Below are positions 1 through 13,431 of a DNA stretch of 64,000 nt, one piece after another. Both the position numbers and the translations under genes were made by a program. Each line of letters starts with the position of its first letter. The first letter of the stretch is position 1. Source of the stretch: Paecilomyces variotii (lineage: Eukaryota); the NCBI GenBank assembly GCA_004022145.1, contig RCNU01000004.1; one strand, given 5' to 3'. The notes below the pieces were generated by a model. The model saw only the letters and a program-made list of their open reading frames with translations. It was not told the origin of the DNA and searched no databases.

Positions 1-474
1 TGCAGAAACTCTCTGGTAGAGTATGGCTATGGCGTCAGGTTCAGGCCGGGCTGCCGCTTTAAGTAGGTGTTCGGTCAGCCCCGAGGTTTCCCCGCGTAGA
101 CTACTTGTGGCTTGCTTCCAGATGGGTAACAGAGAGCGTCTGGATTGTCTTGGGTTCAGGAAAGATATATAGTATTCTAAGCTAAAAAAATAGTGATGTG
201 CAATAGAGTGCCTGGAATCTGTGGCGTACTAATGCCCTTAATAGTACTATTGCTGTGTTCTTTTCTTTGAGAGCTACCTCATCGTTTATGGATTGGCCTC
301 GAGTATGTGGAGGGAAGATGGGAAAGCCTGATAGAGCCCAGACAAATATCTATCTATATATCTATATAGAAATAAATTTACGCGGCACAATGTTCGAGAT
401 AGAAAATACCCAAGGCCCCACGATTCATCTTTCTGAATATCCTGGATACCCGAGTCTAATCCGTTCAGTCCCCT

Positions 475-1993
475 TCATTTGCCCAATCCATCATATATAA
501 TCTTCTCCACGCGCTCCGAACAACCCATGACCTCGACATCTACACCATGAACTTATCAGTCTCCAACCGCATACTAGAACCTGGATTCCGTACCTACCTC
601 CAAAAGGAAGAATTTGCGACGCAACCATTCCACCAATTCCATTCTGTCGGTCAGCAAACCAGAACAAATTCGCTATCCCTGACCAGGAGGCCGACCCTAC
701 TGCGCTTCCAGTTGGACTTTTCGTATGGCTCAAAGAGAACGATAGCCCCCATCCCTCAGTTAAGTCATCGGCAGTAGGAACCATAGGGAAAGTTTTGGTG
801 AGTAACGGCTTCGCTGCCGGTATATACTCGTTGCAATGCCTCGGCATGTGTGGAATTTGATCCGTAAACATCTCTGCAAGAGCATTAGACGGGTTATGAG
901 TGATTTTTGAAACCCGGTAATAATGACTAATTTCCTACCTTTAACAGTTTCTGGTCTGAGAATCTGCACGCCAGTGTGTGGACTCGTCCCATCGTTTAAC
1001 AGAAGAGCTAGAATCCCTAGACGCTTTCTATCAGCATCTTCTATCCATCAAGTTACGTTACTTTTCCCACTTAGACGAATCATACGGCAGTACTCAACTG
1101 GATTCCCAAAACAACCTGCACCACCCATACAAAAGCGCCTTTCCTTTCCAGATCTAGGAGGAAGGAAAGGATATCGAAAGACATGATCCGTGACGCTCAA
1201 TGACCCATCCTTTCCTCGTTGATGCATAAAAGCCAGGTTAGCCTTCATCTTAGCATTTGGAAAGAAAGAGATATTCTCGATCCCCAAAGGTTGGAGAATG
1301 AACGTTTGGAAATAATCTTCTAGTGACAGGCCTGTTACCCGCTCAACGAGGACACCTGCCCAGTCTAATCCGACACCGTATTGGAAACGGGTTCCAGGCT
1401 GATTAACGAGTGGGAGATGCAGGACGTCGTTTTCATGGCCTGAAAAGTCGTCGATGCCGATGGGACGAGACCAGTCGCGTAACTTGAGGTCCTCATGGGC
1501 ATATCCGAAGCCGGCTGTTTTTAGCCCAAAGAAGTCAACTAAACAGGACTGCTATTACAAAATATCGCTTAGGTTTCGATCTCTCACATGTATGACATAG
1601 TAACATCCGCATCGTGATAGCTCTATCCTTCTCCACCAGGCAAAAGTCGCCATCAGGAGCCCGCTCCAGGACCCGAACATCTCTTAACTCCGGCGCAAGA
1701 GATTCGATCTGACTGGAATCATCCAAGGATATTTTCCCTTTCTCGACCAGCTGCATAACAGCGATACTCGTGATTAACTTCGTACACGAAGCTATCCAAA
1801 ACGTCGTGTCCAGAGTCATTGGGGTCTTGTTACCGAGACCCGTCTTACCGGAGGCGTGGCTGAAGATGATCTCTCCGTCCTTGTTTACGGCGCAGTAAAC
1901 AAGGCCAGGAATACCGGGTGAAGTGCCAGAAGTCCTGCTGTCTATTTCTGTGCGAGCGGCGGCTTCTGCGCTGGGGGAAAGTATCGTCGACAT
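475..1993 (-). CDS. Beta-lactamase-family serine hydrolase / LovD-like transesterase (5 exons)
   Basis: ATG 1993 (MSTILSP). Catalytic SxxK in IASCTK, then LLCHT|SGFGY, FQYG and WSGIANLFWFAD motifs. GT-AG introns at about 1587-1515, 1085-1017, 938-874 and 597-540 restore one frame ending TGA at 475. Confidence 0.9.
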
Positions 1994-2660
1994 TGTGAGG
2001 AATGCGAAGTAGTGGGAATCCAAGAGTTGGGAGAGATCGGAGGGATTCTCTGCTAATTCGAGATTGAGTCGTCCGAAGAGATAAGACCGTCACCACCCCT
2101 GCGAGCACCAAGGAGGCCAAGGAGTATGATACACAGTAGCCATGAACGACTGAATTCGGTTAGAAGGATATAAAGATCAAAGAGCTGTCCTACCCCGCGA
2201 CCCATAAAATATCGCTAAATCTTAGAGGCGGAAGGAGCTGGCGGTCTCCACTATAGAAGCTCAGATAAATATAATCATCTATTCAGGAAATCAGGATACA
2301 AATGAAGTCCTGGCTGGTTGGCAATTTGGTGGATTGCACTAGATAGAGACAAGGTTACAGGAATCTTAGCGTTCAGGACCTATATCTACAGTAGAATTGG
2401 GATAACAGGAAAGAGGTATTCTACGTGTATACTCTGCTCTGATAAGTTGATTCGAATGGGAGTTATGAAAATCCTGGAACTTCGCAGTAAATATAAGAAC
2501 TACTGATTTATCGTGAGGCTCGTCATGATGTTGATACGTCTTCTGCCGTGGGACATCGCGCTGGAGAAGAGGAAATAAGAGGGGTATATAGCTATGAATT
2601 AGATAGCAGCTGACAGTAGGCTGCAGAACATGAAAAAATCAACACGCAGAGTCTATATCA

Positions 2661-3504
2661 TTACAAAAAGAGGCCGGCCAGCAGCAATGGAAGCAGGTAA
2701 AGAACATTCAAGGGCGATACTCCAAGATTGGAGGCAGTGGACGAGGTGGTGGATGCTGTCGTGTAGACTTGCGCAAATGAGAGATCGCTGGAATTGAAGC
2801 AGTTATCGCGCGTCACCTCTGCGACGTCTGCTGGGTCTGCGAATTCGATGTCGACGCACTGAAGATAAAAGACCGTGTTAGCTGGCGCTTCAAACAGTAT
2901 CACAATAGCCGCAAATTGTCACGCACGTTATATAGTGAAGCACCGTGTTTGGCTACTTCGATGACCTGAATGGTCGCATGGTCACCAACATTGACGGAGA
3001 TGTTGGCTGGCAGCGGGACTTGGGGTAGACAGAAGGTTCCTGGATACGGTTGATCTGTTGGGCCGACGAGCTCGAAGGGGGAGATCATGACATGGCTCAT
3101 GTTTGGAGGGACCGTTCCCAGACCCAAGTTGATATAAAAAAAGGCCGTTGCATGTCCCTGGAACCAGCCTGGTTGGAACGATACCGCCCCTCCTCCGACA
3201 GGCCATTTTGTTCGATTTGTTGAGGTAGGCATTCCTCCGCCTGCGTGTTATTGTTAAGGGAGGTCACACCGACTGTGATTCTGGGCAACTTACAGGGATA
3301 CTGCCATTGCATGCCGTATGGAAAAATCGAACTCCCATTCACAACCGTCTCGCCGAGACCATTTGCTTCTTCTACGGTGCCGTTGGTCATGAGATTGTTC
3401 CCTCGATATCCAGGATACACGATGACCGTATGGGCACTGGCTAGCCCGGCATAGAGCAGCGCAGCCACTGCTGTCCATATCGAGATCGTTATTCGCGAAT
3501 ACAT
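2661..3504 (-). CDS. Secreted GPI-anchored Bim1/X325-like (LPMO-like) copper-binding protein (3 exons)
   Basis: Signal peptide ends ...LASA and is followed directly by His (HTVIVYPGYRG). Motifs YPC|GG, FQGH, FCLP and YN|CVDI. Ser/Thr linker and hydrophobic C-terminal GPI signal. Introns 3293-3241 and 2926-2859. Confidence 0.85.
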
Positions 3505-5449
3505 GGTGGGCAGTCGACCGTATAGCGGACCCTGGTGGGAGCAGTGCTTTCACAGCAGCCTCCGTCCGGGAGCAGGACTTGGAGATAAAGAGTATATAAA
3601 CCTGCGCTGTATTCGCTTTTTTTGACTCTGCGAAGACTGTCTCGCTGTCCGGGAGAATCAAGAATCCATGATGATCTTTTGGCCATGCGGATCGCACGTC
3701 TTTTTGAGGGGACCGACTGCTCGTCTTTTCGTCGCGCAGGGAATCTCAGCAGAGACATCAGATTGGCTCACTGACCTGCGGAGGACGATGTGATGGAGCA
3801 GCATAGTCGGCGGCCATGTCGGCGATACTGCGTCTCTGCCGACTTGATTCGATGAGCGCTGACGGGGATCTTGCTTCCCTGTCTGTCTGCCAAACCACTC
3901 AGCGCTGTCCGTCCGCCATGAAGAAACACAAACTGGGCTGCGGCGAGTGACCAACCGATGTTCTGCGATCAAAGGGACGAGGGGATCAAAAGACCGTTGC
4001 TGCAAGTGCCATCACATCCGCTCAGCGATGCCATCCCGTTTGTGCTATCTTATTCGTTCACCTTCGCGCACTATGCAAGCGCCCAAACCAACGCTAATGG
4101 AAACTTTGGGTGTTTAAGTAGTCGATCCCACCGTTCTCTAGACCACGGCGCGTACAGCTGAACGGTGACTCGACGAACTGGAAGCAGATGGCCCATTCAA
4201 CGTGAAGGGCGCACCGGAGGATTGACAGACCCGAGGCCTCATACTTGGACGAAGGTTCTTTCTATGGCCCATCGGATTGTCACCCGACATGGGCGCTTGC
4301 AGAAGAAAGTATCTATGCTGTCCCACGCCGCTTCCGCGTCGTGGGACAGCATAGTCACGGATAGTTGATTGTCGGATAAGCTTCTCTCGTGCTATTGCAA
4401 TGATAATACCAAAAATAATAATAGATCATGACGCCTACATGCATTGTTCCGATCGACTGCTATGTATCTGAAGAATTGCGGGGCCGTCGCATCCGATGCG
4501 ATATGGATGCTCTTCACCACAAGGTCAGCTATTTTCGTCCCTAAGCAGAGTACTTTTGAACACGGCGAAAGTTCCTGCGTATATTCTCTTCGCGTTGTTT
4601 GAATACCAGGGCAGCTAGCTAGCTTGGTACATGCGAGCACCATAGGAACTAGCTGCTCTGAATCTTTGATCGTATTTTCCACCGGCACAAGGCTCCTTTC
4701 CTGTATATGCCAGGCATTCGGGGGAAATCCATCCTGCGTTAGCGCCCTGAAAGGCCACACAGAGTCACAGACAAGCTCTGGAGGTAGATGAACGCTCATC
4801 TCGTCCTGCTGTTCTTTCAATCAGTTGCTCCATCTGGTCTCTGCCGTCGCTCATTGGCCCCCGTCTGGGCGGAGAGCTCTCATCTGCGGCGTTTATTCCT
4901 GTGCATGATCTCGGGCGACTTCCTCGACGGCGGCAGGATGAGCACGGTGCGGGCGAAGGATTTTTCCAGACCGTTTGATCGATTCGATCTATATGGCCAG
5001 GGAGATGTGATGACTCCAACCAAGATCTGTCGAGAGGCACATACAGATATCCACCGGCGGCTTGATCTGCAGCGTGCTCAGGTGATGTCGTGACCTGTCT
5101 CGACCTGTACCCTGTGTTGCGCCTGAGATACCGGGATGAGCTCCTCTCAACCTAAAACTCTATATATTCGCTTTATTTTGAGTCTCTTTATCTCTCAATT
5201 TGAATATTGATCCTGAGACTTTTAGCCAGTATATGTCACTCTAAATGTGTAGACAATTATGTGGCCTTTTAAACAACTGTGAAGAAAGCTCTATTTTTTC
5301 ATCTCGGCCTTTGACAGATTCATGAAAGAGTACGGCACATGCCTTGTGACACACACTCAAATCTTTCATCTCCCTCGTATTGATTCTTGATGACTGAGGA
5401 AACAGAAGTGAGATTGATGGAAGATTAAAACGGTATCTCCACATACCCG

Positions 5450-6835
5450 CTACCTCTCTGAAGAAAAACGAGCAGTGCACTCTTCTTTATATGCCTTCAG
5501 CTGCTCCATTTTTGTTTGTATAAATGACTCCATCTCTGCATGTGCCTTGTCGTCCAGTAACTCAACATCCACATCACCGTCATGTAGTGCAGCCCAATAG
5601 ATGGTGTCCACATCAAAGCTCTTTCTTGCTGCATAATCAAACCAGAAACGCCCAGTCCTCCATGATTCGCGCATCTGGGTAGAAAGAAGTGGTCTATCGG
5701 ATTGCTTGCGCCCTAATGCTGTTTCCTTTTCCACTTCTTCTAACGCTTGCAGGAACTGCTCCATTCTGGGCTCATAGAGGGCCAAAAATTCGTTCATAGA
5801 GCCGCGGTCAAGCCACATTTCTGGTCCAGATAGCAACAACCACCAAGGCGGGTCATACGTGAACTCGGCCGGCATGGAATTTGTGAACTCAAAATCGAGC
5901 ACAGCGGTAATACGGAGTGTTTCTGGGTTTACAAGCATGTTTGAGGGTCGCATGTCGTCGCAAAAGGGTATAAATGGCCCACTGTCCTTAGTACAGTACT
6001 TTGGGATAAGCTGTGCAAACCGATGACGGGCAATGAACCGCCACTGAGCTATTTCCGGATCATCGGCGAGGTTGCGCTGGGTCCAAAGGTGGGCCAGGTG
6101 CTCGTTCGCGACTGATCTCAGGTAATCGCTTGCACGGTCAAACCGTGCGGTAGGAAACTGACCATCAGGGTAGCCAGCAACAGTCACCAACTCGTTCATG
6201 TTGTATGTTAATGGCCGCCCGGCAACGTGCCATGTATCCGAAGCGTGATCCTTCGAGATGGCTCCGATGTGAGTAAACGTAAGTTGAGAAAGTTGAAGCA
6301 TGTAATAGGCGATTTGATGATAAATCTTTTCTAGTACTGTGTTGTCGATGTTTGGGTTTAAAACCACGTCTTCTTGATCTGGTTGCTTTAAGATAGTCGA
6401 CAAAAGCTCTCCATCAACATAATCCATGATAATAAATGGACCAAGTTGTTGTGGGCTCTCAGCAATTAAGCCCCAGCTGTGAATGCGAGGGACAGGAATA
6501 TCAGTGTTTTGGCGAAGGTATTCCATGATCTGGACCTCGTTTGTAACCTTTTCGTCCCTATAAGCTGTAGCCGTGTGTCCCGGTTTGGGGAATCGAATAA
6601 TAGCGTCCGGCCCTCCATCGCTGAAGCTGAAGCGGAAGCTGAAGTTGAAGGAACCCTTAAGAAAACCCACATACTTTCCAGTTCCCACTCCGGCTCGGCG
6701 ACTAGCAACAAAGATTGCTAATTCAGCCCTTGAGTCAAAAGCTTTATTTAACCAAGCCCTGCATTCATCATCACCGTTGGTCTCTTGTAACTCGTCAAAA
6801 TATGTCTTGAGTGACGATGTCGTCTGTGGCGGCAT
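5450..6835 (-). CDS. Aminoglycoside-phosphotransferase (APH)/kinase-like family protein, intronless, 461 aa
   Basis: GSFN glycine loop, IIRFPKPG, NEVQIM, IPVPRI, IIMDYVDG hinge, CDDMRPSNMLV catalytic loop and VLDFEF. Confidence 0.9.
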   Translation of the reverse strand: MPPQTTSSLKTYFDELQETNGDDECRAWLNKAFDSRAELAIFVASRRAGVGTGKYVGFLKGSFNFSFRFSFSDGGPDAIIRFPKPGHTATAYRDEKVTNEVQIMEYLRQNTDIPVPRIHSWGLIAESPQQLGPFIIMDYVDGELLSTILKQPDQEDVVLNPNIDNTVLEKIYHQIAYYMLQLSQLTFTHIGAISKDHASDTWHVAGRPLTYNMNELVTVAGYPDGQFPTARFDRASDYLRSVANEHLAHLWTQRNLADDPEIAQWRFIARHRFAQLIPKYCTKDSGPFIPFCDDMRPSNMLVNPETLRITAVLDFEFTNSMPAEFTYDPPWWLLLSGPEMWLDRGSMNEFLALYEPRMEQFLQALEEVEKETALGRKQSDRPLLSTQMRESWRTGRFWFDYAARKSFDVDTIYWAALHDGDVDVELLDDKAHAEMESFIQTKMEQLKAYKEECTARFSSER

Positions 6836-7108
6836 CTGAGGAAGTGGGATATAGATAGATGGTAAGTGAAAAGAAAAGCCGGCTAGACAGAGTAACTTCG
6901 TGGAACCTAGCAGCAGCCCGTTAGTAACAGAACTTTGACCGGGTCAGATAATATAACGTAGATGGAATGTAGAGGATAAGAAAGGCTGCCGGCGTAGATT
7001 AATATTATGCTGTTTCAGATCGACAACCCCTGAACTTAATAATTAATTAACTGAAGGGAGCGGTGAAAAGCTTGCTTAGTAAAACTAGCTAATAACTAAC
7101 TAACTACC

Positions 7109-7621
7109 TATCTTGACTGTTCTTTGCAATTGGAAGGCGGAAAGCTTCTCAATGCTAGGATAGGTAATGTTATGTGGCGCAGCCCAGAGGCGCAAGTTGG
7201 AAAAGGTATTGGGAAACCTTCAGGATTATTCTCTTATGGACTTCTTGTAAGTTGAACTATTGCCAATTTGCCAGGTTAAAAGGTTGTTGCTTAAAGTTGT
7301 TTCAGTGTCTCTATGTGATAACAGGTATCGAAACACTACACCCAGATTTTAGAGAGCTGAAGGAAGCTGGAATTGAGCCTGAGCTGGAGATCATGAGCCG
7401 ATTAATCACATTCTTCGGTCCTGTCCCGTCTGGACTAATAAGTAACTTGTGTTAACGATGAAAGATGGGGTGCCATCTTAATGGAACTTTCAGAGACAAC
7501 AGCTGAGAATCCAGACATGCGATTTAATCAATGGACAGAAGAGACTTTCCCGAATCTCGATACCGAAACAAAGACAGTGATAGCCATGATCTATCTCAAT
7601 GTATCAGGTTTAAGTATGTAA
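7109..7621 (+). pseudogene. Fragment of a fungal Ser/Thr protein-kinase-like gene (C-lobe only, frameshifted)
   Basis: Manual translation gives LDCSLQLEGGKLLNARIGNVMWRSPEAQVGKGIGKPSGLFSYGLL, then intron 7247-7305 (GTAAGT..TTTCAG), then CLYVITGIETLHPDF...FFGPVPSGLI. After a frameshift near 7445 it continues VNDERWGAILMEL...FPNLDTETKTVI. No N-lobe or catalytic loop upstream. Confidence 0.75.
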
Positions 7622-7883
7622 AATATATGCAATTCTTTGATGCTTGTTGTCACTCTTGTCCTCCGTTCCAAATACAGGGCACGGCTCGCGCTGATTGGCT
7701 GAGACTCTGGCCAACCGTCTGCCGTATAACCGCCGAGATCCCATCGAGCAGATTTCGTCGCACTGCTAAAAATGTTCCGCAATAATGAGTAACTGAGGAT
7801 TCTCCAGGGACCAGTGCCCTCAAGATATTCGTACCCCTAGACAAGTCGCGATTACGACCAATCTAGGTACTCTCTGTCGCATC

Positions 7884-8704
7884 ATGCCGCACACCTCGCG
7901 GAAGAAAAAAGCCACTGCGCAGAAGCGCCTGGAGATCGCCGATGACGATGGCTGGACTCATGTTACTAAGGGCGGAAATGTCCCGAGAAGGGCTGTCAAG
8001 ACGGCTGAAGGGGAATTACTTCCAGCGGAACCGCCATCTCGGCTGACTATTGGAGAATTGAAAAAGCAGTACGAGGCGCATAGGCAGAAGTGGGACGAGT
8101 CGTCAACGAATGAGACTCTCAACCATGTACTACGGGAGCGACTTTCACAATCCATGAAGAATATAGACAATATCGTCTGCATAGGTCTCGGTAGTCCTAG
8201 CGGTTTTCTTCGCGGTGGATGGGTGGACCGCAGAAGCGTATCATTGTATCAGCTGGCGACTCTAGCTGCCATTGCTGGGCTCTTTGGTATGTCCTCCGTA
8301 AGTTTGCAATCGCCTTGCTATTCTGACAGCAATCTACCACAGAAACTCTTGATACACAGTCTGCTGCTGTGCAAGTCTTTGCCCAAGACCCCGTCTTCAA
8401 TGACTTTGATAAGGAGCTCTTGCAGTCCCTTGGAATTACCGTGGTCGAAGACCCGAAAGCTTTCGAGCTGGTTAACGAGGGCACCTTTTTATACTGTCCT
8501 GGAGCCGAGAGAGCTCATCTGGACCGTATACTTGCATCAAATCCCGCTATTCTATTCGGAGGGCCCCTTGACAATCTCTCTCCGGAGCAAGAAGTCCTAG
8601 CATCCTATGTTCAGACACGGAGCTCGTTGCAATTGCCTGCATTTGAGCCTAATGAGCATGCTTTCTGGAATATGCGCTTGTATTGGAAAGACGAGGACAA
8701 TTGA
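7884..8704 (+). CDS. SRR1 (sensitivity-to-red-light-reduced)/Ber1-like domain protein (2 exons)
   Basis: DDGWTHV, IVCIGLGS, SLYQLA and AQDPVFNDFDKELLQSLGITVV motifs. Intron 8287-8342 joins the two ORFs in frame. Confidence 0.88.
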
Positions 8705-10349
8705 TCATGGACGCAGCTCATCTCGAGGTTAGGTTTCTGCGGTCCAATGTGCTGTTCCCTAATCGAAAGTTATGCACTTCCTGGCCATCTCCCTTGGAAG
8801 AAAGTCGCCTCGGTTGCCCGTCAATGAAGTGGGACAGTGATGCCATCATATCTAGGTGATCCTGCTGACGACGGTTGGGGGTCTAGTTGTCGGTCCCAGA
8901 AGTACTGACTGGAGATCCCGGAAAATCGGATTCCGGGCGTAATGGGCGATCAACTGCTGTTCATACCAGGATGCATCTGTTCTACAGCCGTTCCGAGTCG
9001 ACAGAGGTAGTCGGTGCTGGCCCATATTATCAGGAGTGACAGAGACCTACCACTCATGTTTACTCGGCTCGCCCAACATCATTCCGAAAAAACAAAGAAA
9101 TCAAAAGAAAGCTACTCAGCGATACTTTGAAGTGGACCCACTATTCTCTATGCTCATGCATTCCAGAGCTAGTGCACCCATCTATGCTATCAGTTGTGCT
9201 TGCCCCTTGTCAATAGCTTGGAGCTCGATCCTAGAGGATGAAGCATTCTATTATCATCCTCTAGCGCCTCGAAGAAATCTCAGCGCAATGTTAAAAGCAT
9301 TTGGACGACTATCTGGCCCAAGAACTGTCTGCATGATAATGGCCGCGGAGGATTTGTTAGCATCGCCTAGGAAGCATCTCAAGTAATTCAAGAAGAATCA
9401 ATGCCACCATATCGTAATTATCCACTAGGTTATATGGAAGAATAGTGAGTATAAATAGGAATGACTCCGTGCCTCGACAGTATATGCGCATAATTCGATG
9501 GGAGATTTCCTTGGTCTACAGTCAGATGGTTACTTTGCCAAGTCAAGACGTAATGTTTTCCATTTGATCTCAATATATGTTCGCTATTTTCGGTTTAGTA
9601 GTAGCCGTCTCTGGAAACTTTAGGTTTCAGGAGCTTTGATAACAATCAGGATATGCATATATTACATAGCATGTGGGCAGATAGGTAGGGCTTCGATCGT
9701 GAACGACGATCTCTCAGCTCACAACCCGGGGCAAGCCAATAATTATTAAGTGTTTCCATCACTAGCACTAACGTGGATGTTTCACGAGCCACCGTCAGGG
9801 ATGGATCGGTTGGCTCCAGAATCCCCCGCCACTGATCTACGGAGGAGATCTAGATCGGGACAATTTTGAATCTGCATTTATTTGATACGAACTAATGTAC
9901 GTACATACATTACCAAGGTAGTACTATTATGCCTCAGTCAAGCACCTAGCAGGGTTGGAATCTAGATGGTAGTGCGATCTGGTTTACTGCGGCATTGGAT
10001 GCCCTGTATGTATGTACTGTAGATCGACGTGACGTTGCTCAAGTATTGGCTCCACACTCTCGATGGCTTGGTGACCGATCAATCTGCTTCCTGACTGCTC
10101 GCTGCTGACTGTTATTTCGAATTGGACCGATTGACATTGGAGCTCCCTTGCTGCCTGTCTCACCTATATATGACTGTCGAGAAATTAGGTAGCTTCATAC
10201 ACTACTTGCATTCCTCGTCAGCATACATACCTTGGCTGACCCCACATCTGTACAGTACCTAGCACAACCCATAATCACTTTATAACTTAACCACCACCAT
10301 CCACTTCACCTACCTACCTGCTCTCAACAAAGGAAAGCAGATACACACA

Positions 10350-10928
10350 ATGCAGTTCGAGCTACGCTTCGCTCATTTCAACGACGTCGTAAGTACATAC
10401 TTCAGAGTCAAAACCGAACCCTAACCCTACACATTCAACCAAACTCATACCTATCTGGCAGTATCACGTTCCATCAGCGGATCTACTCTCGCGTTTTTTA
10501 CACTTACAAAAATCCTTCCTCAAAAAAGAAATCACTGGCGATAATGGCCTAACAGTCTTTAGCGGCGATGGCTTCTCCCCATCGCTTGAAGCAAGTGTTT
10601 TGAAGGGCGAGCATATGGGACCGGTGCTTGATTTTGTGAACGTCGATATAGCATGTTATGGGAATCATGGTCTGATCGTTCTTTCTTAGCAAACGCGGAT
10701 TTCACTGAAGTACCTATTGCTGATGGGGCTAGATTTCGACTTTGGTGACGCGAGACTGAGGCATCTTTCGGATGGAGTTGATTTTCCTTGGGTGCTTTCG
10801 AACGCGTTTCACGAAACAGGAGGGCTCCTTGGTTGTGCAGAAGAGTATGTGATTAGGGAGGTTAATGGGGTTCGTGTTGGATTCTTCGGACTGGCAGGAA
10901 CGTATGTGATACGAAACAAACCGTCCTT

Positions 10929-10964
<36 letters not shown>

Positions 10965-12449
10965 ACCAATATCCAGTTCTGAAGGTGACGACAGCTCGCT
11001 AATAAGTAACAGAGACTGGCCATCCAACTGCGAGAATCTTCCTCCATCAACCATCGCGTCACCCGCAGAGGTAGCCAAACGAATATCGCGCCATCTCCGC
11101 GTAAATAAGGGATGCGATCTGATTATTGCCCTAACCCACATGCGTCTGGCCGAGGACATGGAGGTAGCAGACATGACAGCCTCTGGAGACGGTAAAGTAG
11201 ATTTATTCTTCGGCGGTCACGATCATGAGGTTATTCGACGATATGTCGGCGATACAGATTCAAATCCAGAGAATATTGAGCAGGGTCGCGACAATACAGA
11301 TATTGTTATTAATGGATTGGTTAATTATACCGAGGGGAATATCAGGATCATTAAAAGCGGAACAGACTGGAGAGGCTTGTCGTTAGTGCGAGTGGTTGGA
11401 CAGAAGGATGATAAGGGAGTTGCGAGTGTCTCTCATGTGGAGCGTAAGTATACCTACCTTAGGTACCTTAGTCAATGACCATTAGTTAACTATGGCTTAT
11501 ACCTACTGTACTAACAGACCGCAGTGAGTCAGTACACCGACATCGAGGCAGCTATCCCAGCCCCCGAGACATTCCCACCACAAATCAGTGAGGTTCTGGA
11601 ATCCATTCACAATCGCGTGGATTCACTAGTCCAGTCGCCTTTGGTGCATACATACACCCCTCTCGAGGGTCGCAGTTCAATTGTTCGAAGACAGGAAACC
11701 AATCTAGGCAATATGATTGCGGATGCAGTACGTGGATTCTACGATACAGATATAGCCTTCTTCAACAGTGGCGCGATCAGATGCGATCGTCTACTCGATT
11801 CATCATTACCAGGAGGTAGACCATTGCGAGTGAGAGATATTATCGGTAATACACCCCGGGCCAGATGGCTCAGTAACGAAGACTAGAGACTAACAACACA
11901 GATATCTGTCCATTCGACAACGCCCTCATTGTGAAACGAACCAGCGGCAGAGTTCTATACCACGCCATAGAGAACTCCCTCGGGGACATGCACATGGACG
12001 GCCGTTTCCTCCAAGTCTCAGGCCTGCGTATAGTAGCCACATGGAAAAAGAAAGCCGGTGAGCGCGTCATAGATATCTTCTTATTCATCGAAGGACCCGG
12101 GACAACAACAACAACAACAAAGCTAGAGAAAATCGATCCTTCTCGCATGTACACAGTCGCTCTTGCGGGATTTATTGCTCGTGGTTATGATGGGTATACG
12201 ATGTTTCCGGAAGAAGAGACGATAGTGAATGAGGAGGCTGCCATGACAGATACGAGTCTGATGCTTCGGATATTTGGACATGGCGAAGAGGAATCGGATG
12301 GAGATCGATCGAGAAATGACCATCATGTCAAGGGCGTTGAGAGGGCTAGGAAGAGTATAATTATTGGAAGGAATGATTCGGATGGATTGCCAGTTGTTAA
12401 TCCTAGAGTGGACGATAGAATCAGATTTATTGATTATCCTGCTTTGTAG
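10350..12449 (+). CDS. 5'-nucleotidase (metallophosphoesterase plus 5'-nucleotidase C-terminal domain), no signal peptide (6 exons)
   Basis: HFNDV|YH, FSGD, YGNH|DFDFG, ALTHMR, GGHDH, ETNLGNMIADA, NSGAIR and GRFLQVSGL motifs. Exons 10350-10388, 10462-10669, 10733-10901, 11013-11443, 11525-11845 and 11902-12449 are phase-consistent. Confidence 0.92.
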
Positions 12450-13431
12450 AAGATATACAGTTATACATAAGACAGAAAGATAAAGTAGCTTGATAACTTT
12501 GGGATATGCTTCGATATAAGGATGTCTGACTCTTTTCCAAGTAAAGTGCCAGTTTACTACGGAATCAAGGTTTATTACATATATCTATCAATCTCTGTAC
12601 CGGGTGAAAACCTGTCGAAGACCAGCCAGATCTCACCCTTCAGACATACATAATCCATCCGCACAAAAAAAGAGTACCTAAAAGTCAAAGTTAACCAATA
12701 CACCAAAAACCCCGCTGCAATAATACCAGATCGTCAAGTCTCGCTTTATCTTCAATGATATCTCCCCCCAGATTTCTTTACAGAGATAGATAGACAATAG
12801 CCCGCATAAGGGTCGATTCCAGCTATATACTACGTAGCAGCTAGTTATGCATTATAATACCCCTTCATTGGTTCCTATGTATCTTCCTGTCTTGCTCCGT
12901 TTCTGGTATCTCATGTATTATCTACCAAAATCTCGGAGTCTTCGATCAGAAGTGAGGGACCAGAAGAAAAACACCACTCCCGATAACTATTCTTGCATTC
13001 GGTTCTTCCCGAACCGAGGAATCAGTCACAGATGCCCATGTCGTCAAAACAATAAGTAAAGAGATCCATAGGAAAACGAAACCATTAGTGTTTGTCAATC
13101 ACACCGTATGCGCCAGGCATCCACTACCTGATGATGAAAAACTCGCTGAAGTAAAAAAAGAGTCGTATCACACACAGCCGTAGAAAAGGAGATGAGTCTA
13201 CCGCAGCCATCCATTATAACCATCATCAGAGAAACGGTGACAGACAGGAGTGCGGGATAAGGGAGGTGAAATGAAAGGAGAAATATATCATCAACCGCCG
13301 TCAAGATGCATGCTTGTGGGAGGAGAAGCATGCATCGGTCATGCTCGCTGGAGATGCACCAAAGATAGAAACTCGAACTCAACGCGCCGAGCCGTAAATC
13401 GCGGTCCTCTTATACCTGTAGCAAGATCTGG

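Noticed and set aside
4392-5093. Overlapping 90-140 aa ORFs on both strands between the Bim1-like and APH genes
   Set aside because: No recognisable motif or consistent exon chain. It may be a decayed fragment, but I cannot support a call.
10418-10429. AACCCTAACCCT telomere-like dimer
   Set aside because: Only two units, inside intron 1 of the 5'-nucleotidase; compatible with chance.
10930-10963. Poly-lysine run in ORF 10717-11478
   Set aside because: It is a 34-nt poly(A) tract inside intron 10902-11012, so it is not translated. No target-site duplication or retroelement body is seen.
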